Source: a virus (Duplodnaviria; Caudoviricetes). From it: 25,838 bases of DNA. The DNA lies in IMG/VR virus record IMGVR_UViG_3300042315_000041, positions 1 through 25,838 of that record; one strand, written 5' to 3'. Numbering within the stretch: the first letter of the stretch is position 1; each line of letters begins with the position of its first letter. The position numbers and the translations under genes were made by a program. Under the pieces are notes generated by a model. The model did no database searches. It was not told the DNA's origin and saw only the letters and a program-made list of their open reading frames with translations. This document shows positions 8,932 to 16,668 of the stretch, in pieces.

Positions 8932-9411
8932 TCAGTAGAGTTCGATGGGGCCATCAGGCCCAGCCAGCACCGGATCGACCGGCCCCGGCATGAACGGCGT
9001 GTCGTAGCGCCACGGCTTCTGCCCTGCGCCCAGCGGCAGCGTGCGGGGGAACTGCTGCTCCAGCGGGAACGTGGCTCGAGCGAGCAGGGTGTCGTATCCG
9101 AGCTTGGCCGTCGTGCGAGTGTCGATCTGCACCGTCTTGCCGTACTGCGGCGCGATGCGGATCGCTAGGTTGGCGACGATGGCCTCGTTGGCGCTGTCGG
9201 GCACCTGCGTCTCGGTGTCGAGGTCGCTGTCCTGCGGGCTGCTCGGCAACGGGTAGCCCAGCCGGATGCCCTTGGCATTCCAGGTCGCCATCATCGCGTC
9301 CAGCCGGTGCAGCGCGGTGTCGAGCTGCTGCGGCTGGAGGTCGAAGGTGTAGTTCGCCATGCCGAGTTCGGCAAAGGCTTCCTCCACGAATTGGCGCTTG
9401 GTGTAGCTCAT
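8932..9411 (-). CDS. Head-to-tail adaptor, P22 gp4-like
   Basis: Start MSYTKRQF at 9411; ALHRLDAMMATWNAKGIRLGYP...EAIVANLAIRIAPQYGK...LPLGAG fits the gp4 family. Confidence 0.8.
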   Translation of the reverse strand: MSYTKRQFVEEAFAELGMANYTFDLQPQQLDTALHRLDAMMATWNAKGIRLGYPLPSSPQDSDLDTETQVPDSANEAIVANLAIRIAPQYGKTVQIDTRTTAKLGYDTLLARATFPLEQQFPRTLPLGAGQKPWRYDTPFMPGPVDPVLAGPDGPIELY

Positions 9412-9418
9412 GCCGACC

Positions 9419-9721
9419 TCAGATGCCGGCCTCGCCAGGCTCAACGCGCAGGTTCGGGGTTCCGGCCGCAGCGATGTGCGCCACGGTGTCAAGGTCTTGA
9501 TCTTTCTGGATGATGATCGTCTGGCCAGGCCGCACCATCAGATCGGCGGTCGTAGCCGTGCTCGTGCCCCGGCTCACGCGGACATGGATCGCGTTCGTGG
9601 TGTCGAGGTTCATCAGCCGCAGGCACTTGCTGCCCCGGCCGATGGTCGTGGTGCCAGATGTGCCCGAGGTGGCGATGGTCTGGCCAGCGCCGGGGAGCGG
9701 TAAGAATGGTCCGTAGATCAT
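9419..9721 (-). CDS. Hypothetical protein (small beta-rich, probably virion)
   Basis: 100 aa ORF with GAGGA RBS, in operon order. Confidence 0.75.
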   Translation of the reverse strand: MIYGPFLPLPGAGQTIATSGTSGTTTIGRGSKCLRLMNLDTTNAIHVRVSRGTSTATTADLMVRPGQTIIIQKDQDLDTVAHIAAAGTPNLRVEPGEAGI

Positions 9722-9731
9722 GATTCGGTCC

Positions 9732-10130
9732 TCAGATTGGATCGTCAGCAGCAGGCTCGGCCGCCATCGCGGCGTTGATCTTCGCCAGCAGCGTCTCGTC
9801 GCTCCAGCGGCGATCGACCTTCAGGCCCAGCAGTTCGGCCTGCTGCATCATCTCGGCGCGGGTCGGCGGGGCGTTGTCTGCGGGCGCAGGCTCGGGTTCC
9901 GGGGCAACCTCGACCACCTCGGCCTCGACCATCTCCTCGTCCCACGGCCCAGCCTGGTCGCAGGCCGTCCAGACGTTCAGGTGCCAGCCATCGGCCAGCG
10001 CCGCCTCAACCTGCTCCATCGTGTCGCAGGCCAGCGTTGAGAACGTCGTCGCGTTGCCGTACCTGTCCAACGGGCCAGGCCAGGTGCCGCCGCGCTTGTA
10101 GAGGATGGTCGGCAGTTCGACGCGGATCAT
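9732..10130 (-). CDS. Hypothetical protein with C-terminal HeH/LEM-like helical motif
   Basis: PTRAEMMQQAELLGLKVDRRWSDETLLAKI after an acidic Pro-rich linker; ATGA-coupled. Confidence 0.7.
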   Translation of the reverse strand: MIRVELPTILYKRGGTWPGPLDRYGNATTFSTLACDTMEQVEAALADGWHLNVWTACDQAGPWDEEMVEAEVVEVAPEPEPAPADNAPPTRAEMMQQAELLGLKVDRRWSDETLLAKINAAMAAEPAADDPI

Positions 10131-10291
10131 TTCTTGCCCTTCTTGGCGGTCTTGGCCGACTCACGGAACGCAGCGGCGGTCGGTGCGCCCTTCGCGCCAG
10201 GCTTGCGCATCTTCTCGCCGCTGCCGGCAGCGATGCGCTCGCGCTTGGCGTTGATCGCAGCGTATAGGCCAGGAGATCCAGGCTTCTTCAC
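10127..10291 (-). CDS. Small basic phage protein (54 aa), not in ORF track
   Basis: GTG start overlaps upstream TGA; MKKPGSPGLYAAINAKRERIAAGSGEKMRKPGAKGAPTAAAFRESAKTAKKGKK; stop overlaps next ATG. Confidence 0.8.
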   Translation of the reverse strand: MKKPGSPGLYAAINAKRERIAAGSGEKMRKPGAKGAPTAAAFRESAKTAKKGKK

Positions 10292-10461
10292 TTCATGCCC
10301 TTCTTCGCAGGGGCCTTGCCCGGCTTGCCAGCCTTCATGGCCGCCGTGCGCGCCGTGTTCAGCGCGATGGCGACGGCTTGCTTCTGCGGCTTGCCGGACT
10401 TCATCTCCTTGGAGACGTTGGCACTGATCGACTTCTGCGAGTAACCCTTCTTCATCGGCAT
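10288..10461 (-). CDS. Small basic phage protein (57 aa), not in ORF track
   Basis: AGGAG RBS; MPMKKGYSQKSISANVSKEMKSGKPQKQAVAIALNTARTAAMKAGKPGKAPAKKGMK. Confidence 0.8.
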   Translation of the reverse strand: MPMKKGYSQKSISANVSKEMKSGKPQKQAVAIALNTARTAAMKAGKPGKAPAKKGMK

Positions 10462-10475
10462 CTCAGTCTCCTGAT

Positions 10476-10514
10476 ACGAAAACGCGGGCGGCAGCCTCAG
10501 ACCACCGCCCGCGT
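10476..10514 (-). terminator. Intrinsic terminator after coat/decoration genes
   Basis: Minus strand ACGCGGGCGG...CCGCCCGCGT stem followed by TTTCGT. Confidence 0.7.
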
Positions 10515-10531
10515 GTCACTGGGTTACCCGA

Positions 10532-11434
10532 TCAACGCTGCTGGTGAGCGCCGACCCAGTCCACCGTCATCGACCGCGCCGCCCCCGTGCCGTTCTGCAC
10601 CAGCAGGGACAGTCGCAGTTCGCCGGTCGGCAGGTTGGCCAGCGAGGTCGCCTCACCGATGATCTGGCGGTTCTGGGTGTAGAACAGCTTCGCGCCATCG
10701 TAGTAGAAGCCGACGTTCACGTAGGTGTCGTTGGCCATCACGATGCCGGTCGTCACCACCGTCTCGGTCGAAGACGCCTCGATGACGAGGTTCAGCGCGG
10801 TGGCGGTGGTCAGGCGGCGGAAGTACACGCCATCCGACACGCCACCCTCGGGGTCGGTGTCCGTGACGTACAGGCCGATCATGGTGTCGGCCAGCACGTT
10901 GTCCACCTTGAACCGAGCGTCGAACCACAGCGCCTTGCCACCCGTGAACTTGAAGCACTCGCCGTTGGTCTTGCCGAGCTGCAAGGCGTGCTTGTCGTTG
11001 TCGGTGCCCGCGTTGGTCAGCACCAGCGTGCCTCCCACTTCGTCGCCCGACAGGTCCGTGCCCGCGCCCGTCTCGGTGATCGTCCACGTTGCCGAGTCGT
11101 ACTCAACGAAGTCCGTGAAGTAGCCGAAGAACGACGGGTTGCCAATCGGTGCGTCGAACACGACCGCGCCCATCGGGTTCGCGTCGACGTTGTAGAACAC
11201 CTGATTCGGGCCGGCTTCGATCTTGATCACGCCGCCGCCCGTGAACGGCCCGAAGCTCTTCTCCTCGTCGGACACGGTGCCGAGCAAGGTGTACGAGTTC
11301 GGGTAGTTCGGGAAGCCAGCCTGCCGGTAGACAGACGCCGGATTGCCCGGACCCGTGGTGCGCACCGCAATTGCTTGGGTGGCAGTCAGCGAGACTTGGG
11401 CGTCGCCGTAGGGGAAAACAATTTGCTGTGCCAT
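10532..11434 (-). CDS. Putative capsid decoration protein with beta-sandwich C-terminal domain
   Basis: 300 aa, right after coat and before the terminator, so likely highly expressed; AGGAG RBS; beta-rich. Confidence 0.6.
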   Translation of the reverse strand: MAQQIVFPYGDAQVSLTATQAIAVRTTGPGNPASVYRQAGFPNYPNSYTLLGTVSDEEKSFGPFTGGGVIKIEAGPNQVFYNVDANPMGAVVFDAPIGNPSFFGYFTDFVEYDSATWTITETGAGTDLSGDEVGGTLVLTNAGTDNDKHALQLGKTNGECFKFTGGKALWFDARFKVDNVLADTMIGLYVTDTDPEGGVSDGVYFRRLTTATALNLVIEASSTETVVTTGIVMANDTYVNVGFYYDGAKLFYTQNRQIIGEATSLANLPTGELRLSLLVQNGTGAARSMTVDWVGAHQQR

Positions 11435-11453
11435 TTCGGTTGCTCCTGGTGGC

Positions 11454-12716
11454 TCAGTTGAACATCAGCACGCCAGCCATTTCGGGCTGCTTGCACACCA
11501 CACCGAAGAGGCAGTCCAATCGGTACTTGGTCTTCATGTTGTTGATGTCGTACTGCTTCGTCATGACCAGTTCGATACCCTGATCCGTGCTCGCGCGCAT
11601 CACGGCCGCACCGGCATCTGTCGGCACCGCATAGCGACCCGGCAAAAGCTCGATGGCGTCCTTGTGCCAGAAGCAGTTCAGGTACGAGGCCGTCGTGTTC
11701 AGGAACGTGATCGCGGCGGTTGCCGAGGTCGAGGTGATCCGGCAGTTCTGGTACTGCGCGGTCGAATCGACACCGGCCTGCGCCGGGATCAGCGGGGGGC
11801 TGATCACGAGCGTCGTGGCCGACGGCACGGCGATCACGCGGAACGTCTTGGGCTGGCCCGTGTCTTCCTTGGTGATCATGTGCACGGCGTTGACGTTGGC
11901 AATCGTGAACGAGTCGCCCACCGCGATGCTGGTGGTCGAGTTGACCGTCACCGTCTGGAAGCGGTTGTCCACGTTGCTCGTCTCGCCCGTGGCCGAGGTC
12001 GAGGTGGCCTTCGGGGTGTAGTAGTTCCCGCCCGCTGCCGTCGTGTTGATCTGAATGCCGGCACCCGCCGCAGCAGCCTTGCGCTGGGCGTAGTCCAGCT
12101 TGTACGTCTCGAACGAGGCGACCTGGCCCACGAACGCCCGACGCAGCGCGCTGTCGGAGATGTCGTTGCCGAAGCTGCGGGTGTTCTTGGCGAGGTCGCT
12201 GGCCATGCCGTTGTAGTCGCGCGTCGAGAGCGCGAGATACCGGCTGTCCATCGGAACGCCCGTCTCGTTCATCACCGCCTCGACAAGCGCCACATCATCG
12301 AAGCCAGTGGCGGCCGAACGCTTGATCGCCAGCGTCCCCTGCTGGCCTGCGACGGTCAGCACGGCGACGTTGATGTCAGAGGCCAGCTTCTGCTTGGCGG
12401 CATCGCCCAGGCGACCCTCTTGCAGCGCATCACGCAGCTCGGTGGCCGACATGATCCACGGCACCGACTTCTGGTAGCCGATGGTCGCGGGAACGGTGAG
12501 CTGGGTGTAGTCGTCGAAGTTGCCCGTCATGTCCGTGCCGTTGTACGACACAGCGATGTAGGGCATCGGACGCCAGATGACGTTGTTGGTCCGCTCCATC
12601 ATCGTCTGGTCGGTGTTGTAGACCGAGACGTTGCGGGACAGTACGAGGGCGTCTTGGAAGCCTGCAAGCAGGTCTTCAAACGCGACGCGCTCTTCCTTTG
12701 AGAAGGCGTTGGCCAT
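11454..12716 (-). CDS. Major capsid protein, P22 gp5 coat family
   Basis: 420 aa; MANAFSKEERVAFEDLL, IWRPMPYIA, AAKQKLASDIN, C-terminal RLDCLFGV...PEMAG; follows scaffold. Confidence 0.9.
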   Translation of the reverse strand: MANAFSKEERVAFEDLLAGFQDALVLSRNVSVYNTDQTMMERTNNVIWRPMPYIAVSYNGTDMTGNFDDYTQLTVPATIGYQKSVPWIMSATELRDALQEGRLGDAAKQKLASDINVAVLTVAGQQGTLAIKRSAATGFDDVALVEAVMNETGVPMDSRYLALSTRDYNGMASDLAKNTRSFGNDISDSALRRAFVGQVASFETYKLDYAQRKAAAAGAGIQINTTAAGGNYYTPKATSTSATGETSNVDNRFQTVTVNSTTSIAVGDSFTIANVNAVHMITKEDTGQPKTFRVIAVPSATTLVISPPLIPAQAGVDSTAQYQNCRITSTSATAAITFLNTTASYLNCFWHKDAIELLPGRYAVPTDAGAAVMRASTDQGIELVMTKQYDINNMKTKYRLDCLFGVVCKQPEMAGVLMFN

Positions 12717-12857
12717 TGGTGGCTCCTAATTCGGAATGAGTGAACGATTGCGGCTACTGCCGCGCCTGCTTACTCACCCGGTCGGAGTCGGGCGGCCACT
12801 CGTGATCTGGTCGCTACTGCCACTTGAGGGCTGGCGAAACCCGGTGCGATTGGGCCG

Positions 12858-12890
12858 AATATAACACGGCCCGTGGGTTCGTCAAGCCCT
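12858..12890 (-). promoter_or_regulatory. Candidate coat gene promoter
   Basis: Minus strand TTGACG-16 nt-TATATT with extended -10 TG and a CACGG-G-CCGTG dyad in the spacer. Confidence 0.55.
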
Positions 12891-13799
12891 CGCCTGCGCC
12901 TTCGCCGCCAGTTGCCGTTTGTACGCCACGACCTTCGTCATGTCGCCCGTGCGGGACGCCTCCTCGCGCAGCCTCTCCAGCGTCGTATCTGACCCGCCGC
13001 TGACGGGTGCGGTGCCTGCCGGCAGGCTGCGCTCGGGCGCGGGGGGCTTGGTTCGGGGTGTGACTTTCAATTGTGCCTCCAGTTTGGCGACGGCAAATGC
13101 GAACTTCACCGGGTCGGTGAGGGCGGCCAGTTCCTTGGCCTTCTTCGGGTTCTTGCCCAGCGCGTAGACGACGAGCGCGGGGTTCTCCGCGCCCTGCAGC
13201 ACGACGCCCTGCTGGGTAACGTTCAGCGTCTCCATGACCGTGTGCTCGGCCTCGTCGTAGTCGCGCACCTTGAGCTCGACCTTCGCCTTGCCGTACCCGT
13301 CGAGCTTGGCCTGCCACGCCTTCTGCGCCTCTTCGGCCTGGCGCTGCGCCTCGCGCTCGGCCTTATCAGCCGTGGCCTTCTGGGCGTACCACGACTCCAG
13401 CGCCGTCTCGTATCGGTCGGTGTCGTAGTCGTGGTCTTCGAGCTTGGGCTTCGGGCCGACAGTGGGCCGTGCGGCCGGCGCGGCCTGCTCCTTGGCCTCG
13501 TACTCGCGCACCTTCTTCTGCAGTTCGCGGTGCTGCTTGCGCAGGTCGCGCACCCACTCAGGGGCGGCGCGTTCCTCGTCCTCGGCTGGCGGGGCATCGT
13601 CTCCGATGCTGACCGTCACCTCGTCGGGTTCGGGTGCGGCGGCTGCAGGGGCATCAGCCTGGGGAGACGGGTCAGGCGTGTCTGGTGCGCCCTGAGCCGC
13701 CGCAACCTGCTCGCCCTCGTCTGCCTCGGGCGTGTCCTCGTTGCCCTCATGCACCTCTTGCGTGCCATCGGGCTGCGTTACTTCGATCCTGATTCCCAT
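12882..13799 (-). CDS. Scaffolding protein, P22 gp8-like
   Basis: Between portal and coat. Acidic disordered N-terminus, coiled coil, PKPKLEDHDYD, C-terminal helix-turn-helix LERLREEASRTGDMTKVVAYKRQL like the P22 coat-binding domain. Confidence 0.8.
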   Translation of the reverse strand: MGIRIEVTQPDGTQEVHEGNEDTPEADEGEQVAAAQGAPDTPDPSPQADAPAAAAPEPDEVTVSIGDDAPPAEDEERAAPEWVRDLRKQHRELQKKVREYEAKEQAAPAARPTVGPKPKLEDHDYDTDRYETALESWYAQKATADKAEREAQRQAEEAQKAWQAKLDGYGKAKVELKVRDYDEAEHTVMETLNVTQQGVVLQGAENPALVVYALGKNPKKAKELAALTDPVKFAFAVAKLEAQLKVTPRTKPPAPERSLPAGTAPVSGGSDTTLERLREEASRTGDMTKVVAYKRQLAAKAQARA

Positions 13800-13855
13800 C
13801 CGTCTTCCCTCTCGGCTGATGCGGTCAGCCGGCAACCGTTCGGCACCGTGCCGAT

Positions 13856-15895
13856 TCAGAGTTCAGGTCGCGGCGGCGTCTGCTCGGGCAGGCCGATCAT
13901 CTTCACCGCGTCCATCGCCATGCGGGTCTGATCCATGTCAATCTTGGAAACCGTCTCGAGCGTCTTCGCCCGCGCCAGCTCGCTGTCTGCGACGGTCTTG
14001 ACCACGCCTGCACGGGCCTGCGCGGCCTTGGCGAGCGCTTCCTCGGCGGCGGCCTGTAGGAACACCGCATTCGGGTCGGGCTGTGCTCCAGCCTGGGCCA
14101 TCTGTGCGGCCTCCTCCTCGGTCGGCTTCACCACGCCCATCTGCACCAGCTGCTTGCGGAAGAACTCGGAAATCTCGCTCAGGCCCTCGCCTTCCATGTT
14201 CATGAGCGCCGCAGCCTGCAGCACGCGCTGTGCCTCGGGGTCTTGCGTCACGGCCATCATCTGCGTGAGGGCGCGAACCGTCGCGGCACGCTTGCTGCTC
14301 GAGGACGGGCCGACCTCGACGGCGACATCGAACTCGGCCTCTGAGAGATCGTTCTCGTGCTCGAGTTCGCCCTCGTCGTTCACCATCGGGCGCATCAGTT
14401 CGATACTCGACATCTGGCCCTGCGACCCGATGCCCTTCATCTTCCGGCCAGGCTCTGCGTACACCTCGCGGGCCATGCCGAGCCAGACCTCGCCGGCACG
14501 GCGCACGGCCTTGGCGTAGTTCGACATGTAGATGAACGTCTGCATGTCCAGGCGCTGCTGGACCATTTCGACGGCCTTGCCGCTGACGTTGGCGACGATC
14601 TTGTCGCCCTGCTCCTGATTCCCGAGGACGTCTTTCATGTCCTGCTCGGTGATCTGCAGGAGCGCCGCCATCGCGGGCGGGATCTGAGGGGACTTCGTGT
14701 AGGCCAGCGGTCCAGCAGCCTGTGCGCTGCCGTCAGGCCCCGTGATCGGGTTGATGAGCAGGTACGGGTAATTGCGCAGGTTGTCGTCCTGCCACATCAC
14801 TTGGTGGCCGGCGACCTGCTCGGGGGTCAGGATGGGCTTCTCGACGCTCGAGAGCGCGGCGATCTCGGCCAGCTTCGACCGCTGCATGTTCGCCAGGCGC
14901 TGGGCGTCTTTCGCCAGCCTGACATGCCCCGCGCAGCGCTCCACGTTGTCGATGAACCAGCGGCGGCCGTAGACCGGAACGACAGGGATGTGCTTGCCGG
15001 CGATGAAACCGGAGTCCTCGAGCACCTTCGCGCCGCTCAGGACATACTTTCGCACCCGCTGACGCTTCATGCGCTTCTGTCGAACCTCGACAGAACCGAC
15101 TGCCTCGAGCTGCGCCAGCATCTCATCGTCCAGCTCGCTGTCCCGGTAGCGCTCCTCCTCGCCGTCGAGGCTGCGAAATATGCGCACGGTTTCGGACACC
15201 ATCTCGGCGCGGAAATACTCGGCCACGTACACGACGTCAGGCGTGAGCCAGTCAAACTCGTACTGATGGATTTCCTTCGGCCAGCTTGCCGGGTCATCCC
15301 CGTACTCGGCCTTGTACGCCTCGCGGGTCATGCTCGTGAGCACGAAGCACCGTTTCGCGTCGGCCTTGTCCTGGCGCTTGGCCTGGAGATCGAAGAACAC
15401 GCTGCTGTCCGCGTCGAAGATCGGCTCGATGCGGATGCGCTGGCGCTCGTCCTCGTCGTCCTCCTCGTTCTCGTAGGCCGTGCGCAGCCGGAACGCACCG
15501 AAACCGCCGCCGACAGCCTCCTCGAAGGCGTTGTCGTAGGCTTCCTCGGCCCCGCTGTCCTGCTCGTCGGCCCGGTACAGGTCGTCGCAGGTGTCTGCGA
15601 GTCCGTCGTATTCCTTGCCTTCCTTGGACACGAAGTCCACGGTGACGCGGTTGGCGCGGTACTCGCTGAAGATGCGCTGCACAGCCAACGCGATCTTGTT
15701 CACCTCGAGTTTCGGCTTGTTCTCGAACTGCGCCCCGAGCGGGCCTTCCCACTGCGCCCCGGCGATTGAATAAAATCGTCGGTCAGCCAAACATTGTGTT
15801 CTTTCGTCACGAAGTGCCGATTGAATATTATCAAATTCACGCATCGCCTCTTCGTGCACCTGCGCAAGTTGCTGCTCTTTAGTTGGTCTTGCCAT
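13856..15895 (-). CDS. Portal protein, P22 gp1-like
   Basis: 679 aa from ATG 15895 with AAGGA RBS; DRRFYSIAGAQWEG, EEAVGGGFGAFRL, HIPVVPVYG, GHVRLAKDAQRLANMQ; helical C-terminal barrel. Confidence 0.9.
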   Translation of the reverse strand: MARPTKEQQLAQVHEEAMREFDNIQSALRDERTQCLADRRFYSIAGAQWEGPLGAQFENKPKLEVNKIALAVQRIFSEYRANRVTVDFVSKEGKEYDGLADTCDDLYRADEQDSGAEEAYDNAFEEAVGGGFGAFRLRTAYENEEDDEDERQRIRIEPIFDADSSVFFDLQAKRQDKADAKRCFVLTSMTREAYKAEYGDDPASWPKEIHQYEFDWLTPDVVYVAEYFRAEMVSETVRIFRSLDGEEERYRDSELDDEMLAQLEAVGSVEVRQKRMKRQRVRKYVLSGAKVLEDSGFIAGKHIPVVPVYGRRWFIDNVERCAGHVRLAKDAQRLANMQRSKLAEIAALSSVEKPILTPEQVAGHQVMWQDDNLRNYPYLLINPITGPDGSAQAAGPLAYTKSPQIPPAMAALLQITEQDMKDVLGNQEQGDKIVANVSGKAVEMVQQRLDMQTFIYMSNYAKAVRRAGEVWLGMAREVYAEPGRKMKGIGSQGQMSSIELMRPMVNDEGELEHENDLSEAEFDVAVEVGPSSSSKRAATVRALTQMMAVTQDPEAQRVLQAAALMNMEGEGLSEISEFFRKQLVQMGVVKPTEEEAAQMAQAGAQPDPNAVFLQAAAEEALAKAAQARAGVVKTVADSELARAKTLETVSKIDMDQTRMAMDAVKMIGLPEQTPPRPEL

Positions 15896-16634
15896 TTTGC
15901 GATTCCTTACAATTGGCAAAATGCCAACGTTTCATGAGAGATTGGCCGCCTTGTTTTTTGCAATGCGGACACTCTACCTTTGGCTGCACGCCTTTTGGAA
16001 CGCGTAATTTTAACTTTTGATCTTCAGTAAGTTTCTTGCCCTTGTTTGACAAAACGAAGGCTTGATACTGTTTTTCGTTTAACTTTTTGCCCTTGTTCAC
16101 GGCAAGTTTTTGTCGCAACTCAGGCGTGTAGTCTATGGCTTGCCGCGCGCGTGCCATTGCATTTTTATGGCTCTCTGTCTTCGGCTTTCCCTTCAGTGCG
16201 TCAGACAGTTTTGCTCGTGTCTCGGCGCTTACACCTGCCGCCCTTCTGGCTGCATGCAACTTTTTTACAGCCTGATCTGATAATTTCCGGCCGGTATTAG
16301 CAATCGAAATTTTCTTTCTGGCTTCGGTTGACAATTTCAAGCCGATTTGAGCTTCTGCTCTTTTCCTTCGTAACCACCCAAATTTTTTGTTATTGCGCCA
16401 CTTGCCTTGGGTCATTCCCCATGCCGCAAAAACTAATTTTTGATTTTCTGGATGCAGTTTTACTAGCAACTGATGCGCTACGAAATGTTCCTCAGGTGTT
16501 AGCAACACAAGATTGTTTTTGTCATCACCTCCACCCATGCATTTCGGCACAACGTGGTGTCTCTCAACGTATCCGATGATCTCTCGAGACCTCGCTCGAC
16601 CGATCAGGGCTTCGTAGTGGGACTTGTAATCCAT
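15879..16634 (-). CDS. HNH homing endonuclease with NUMOD3-type repeats
   Basis: YVERHHVVPKCMGG.D..NLVLLTPEEHFVAHQLL; repeats LSTEARKKISIANTG and SAETRAKLSDALKGKPK; terminal CPHC..WHF.NC; much more AT-rich than flanks. Confidence 0.9.
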   Translation of the reverse strand: MDYKSHYEALIGRARSREIIGYVERHHVVPKCMGGGDDKNNLVLLTPEEHFVAHQLLVKLHPENQKLVFAAWGMTQGKWRNNKKFGWLRRKRAEAQIGLKLSTEARKKISIANTGRKLSDQAVKKLHAARRAAGVSAETRAKLSDALKGKPKTESHKNAMARARQAIDYTPELRQKLAVNKGKKLNEKQYQAFVLSNKGKKLTEDQKLKLRVPKGVQPKVECPHCKKQGGQSLMKRWHFANCKESQNGKTN

Positions 16635-16639
16635 GCCCG

Positions 16640-16668
16640 ATTATGCTACGCGAGGCGTTCGGTGTCTA
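16640..16668 (-). promoter_or_regulatory. Candidate promoter giving a leaderless HNH transcript
   Basis: Minus strand TAGACA-17 nt-CATAAT, then 5 nt, then ATG; no SD. Confidence 0.5.

Noticed and set aside
15879-16665. Group I intron or intein around the HNH gene
   Set aside because: terL and portal are each complete and there is no flanking space for an intron core; the endonuclease is free-standing.
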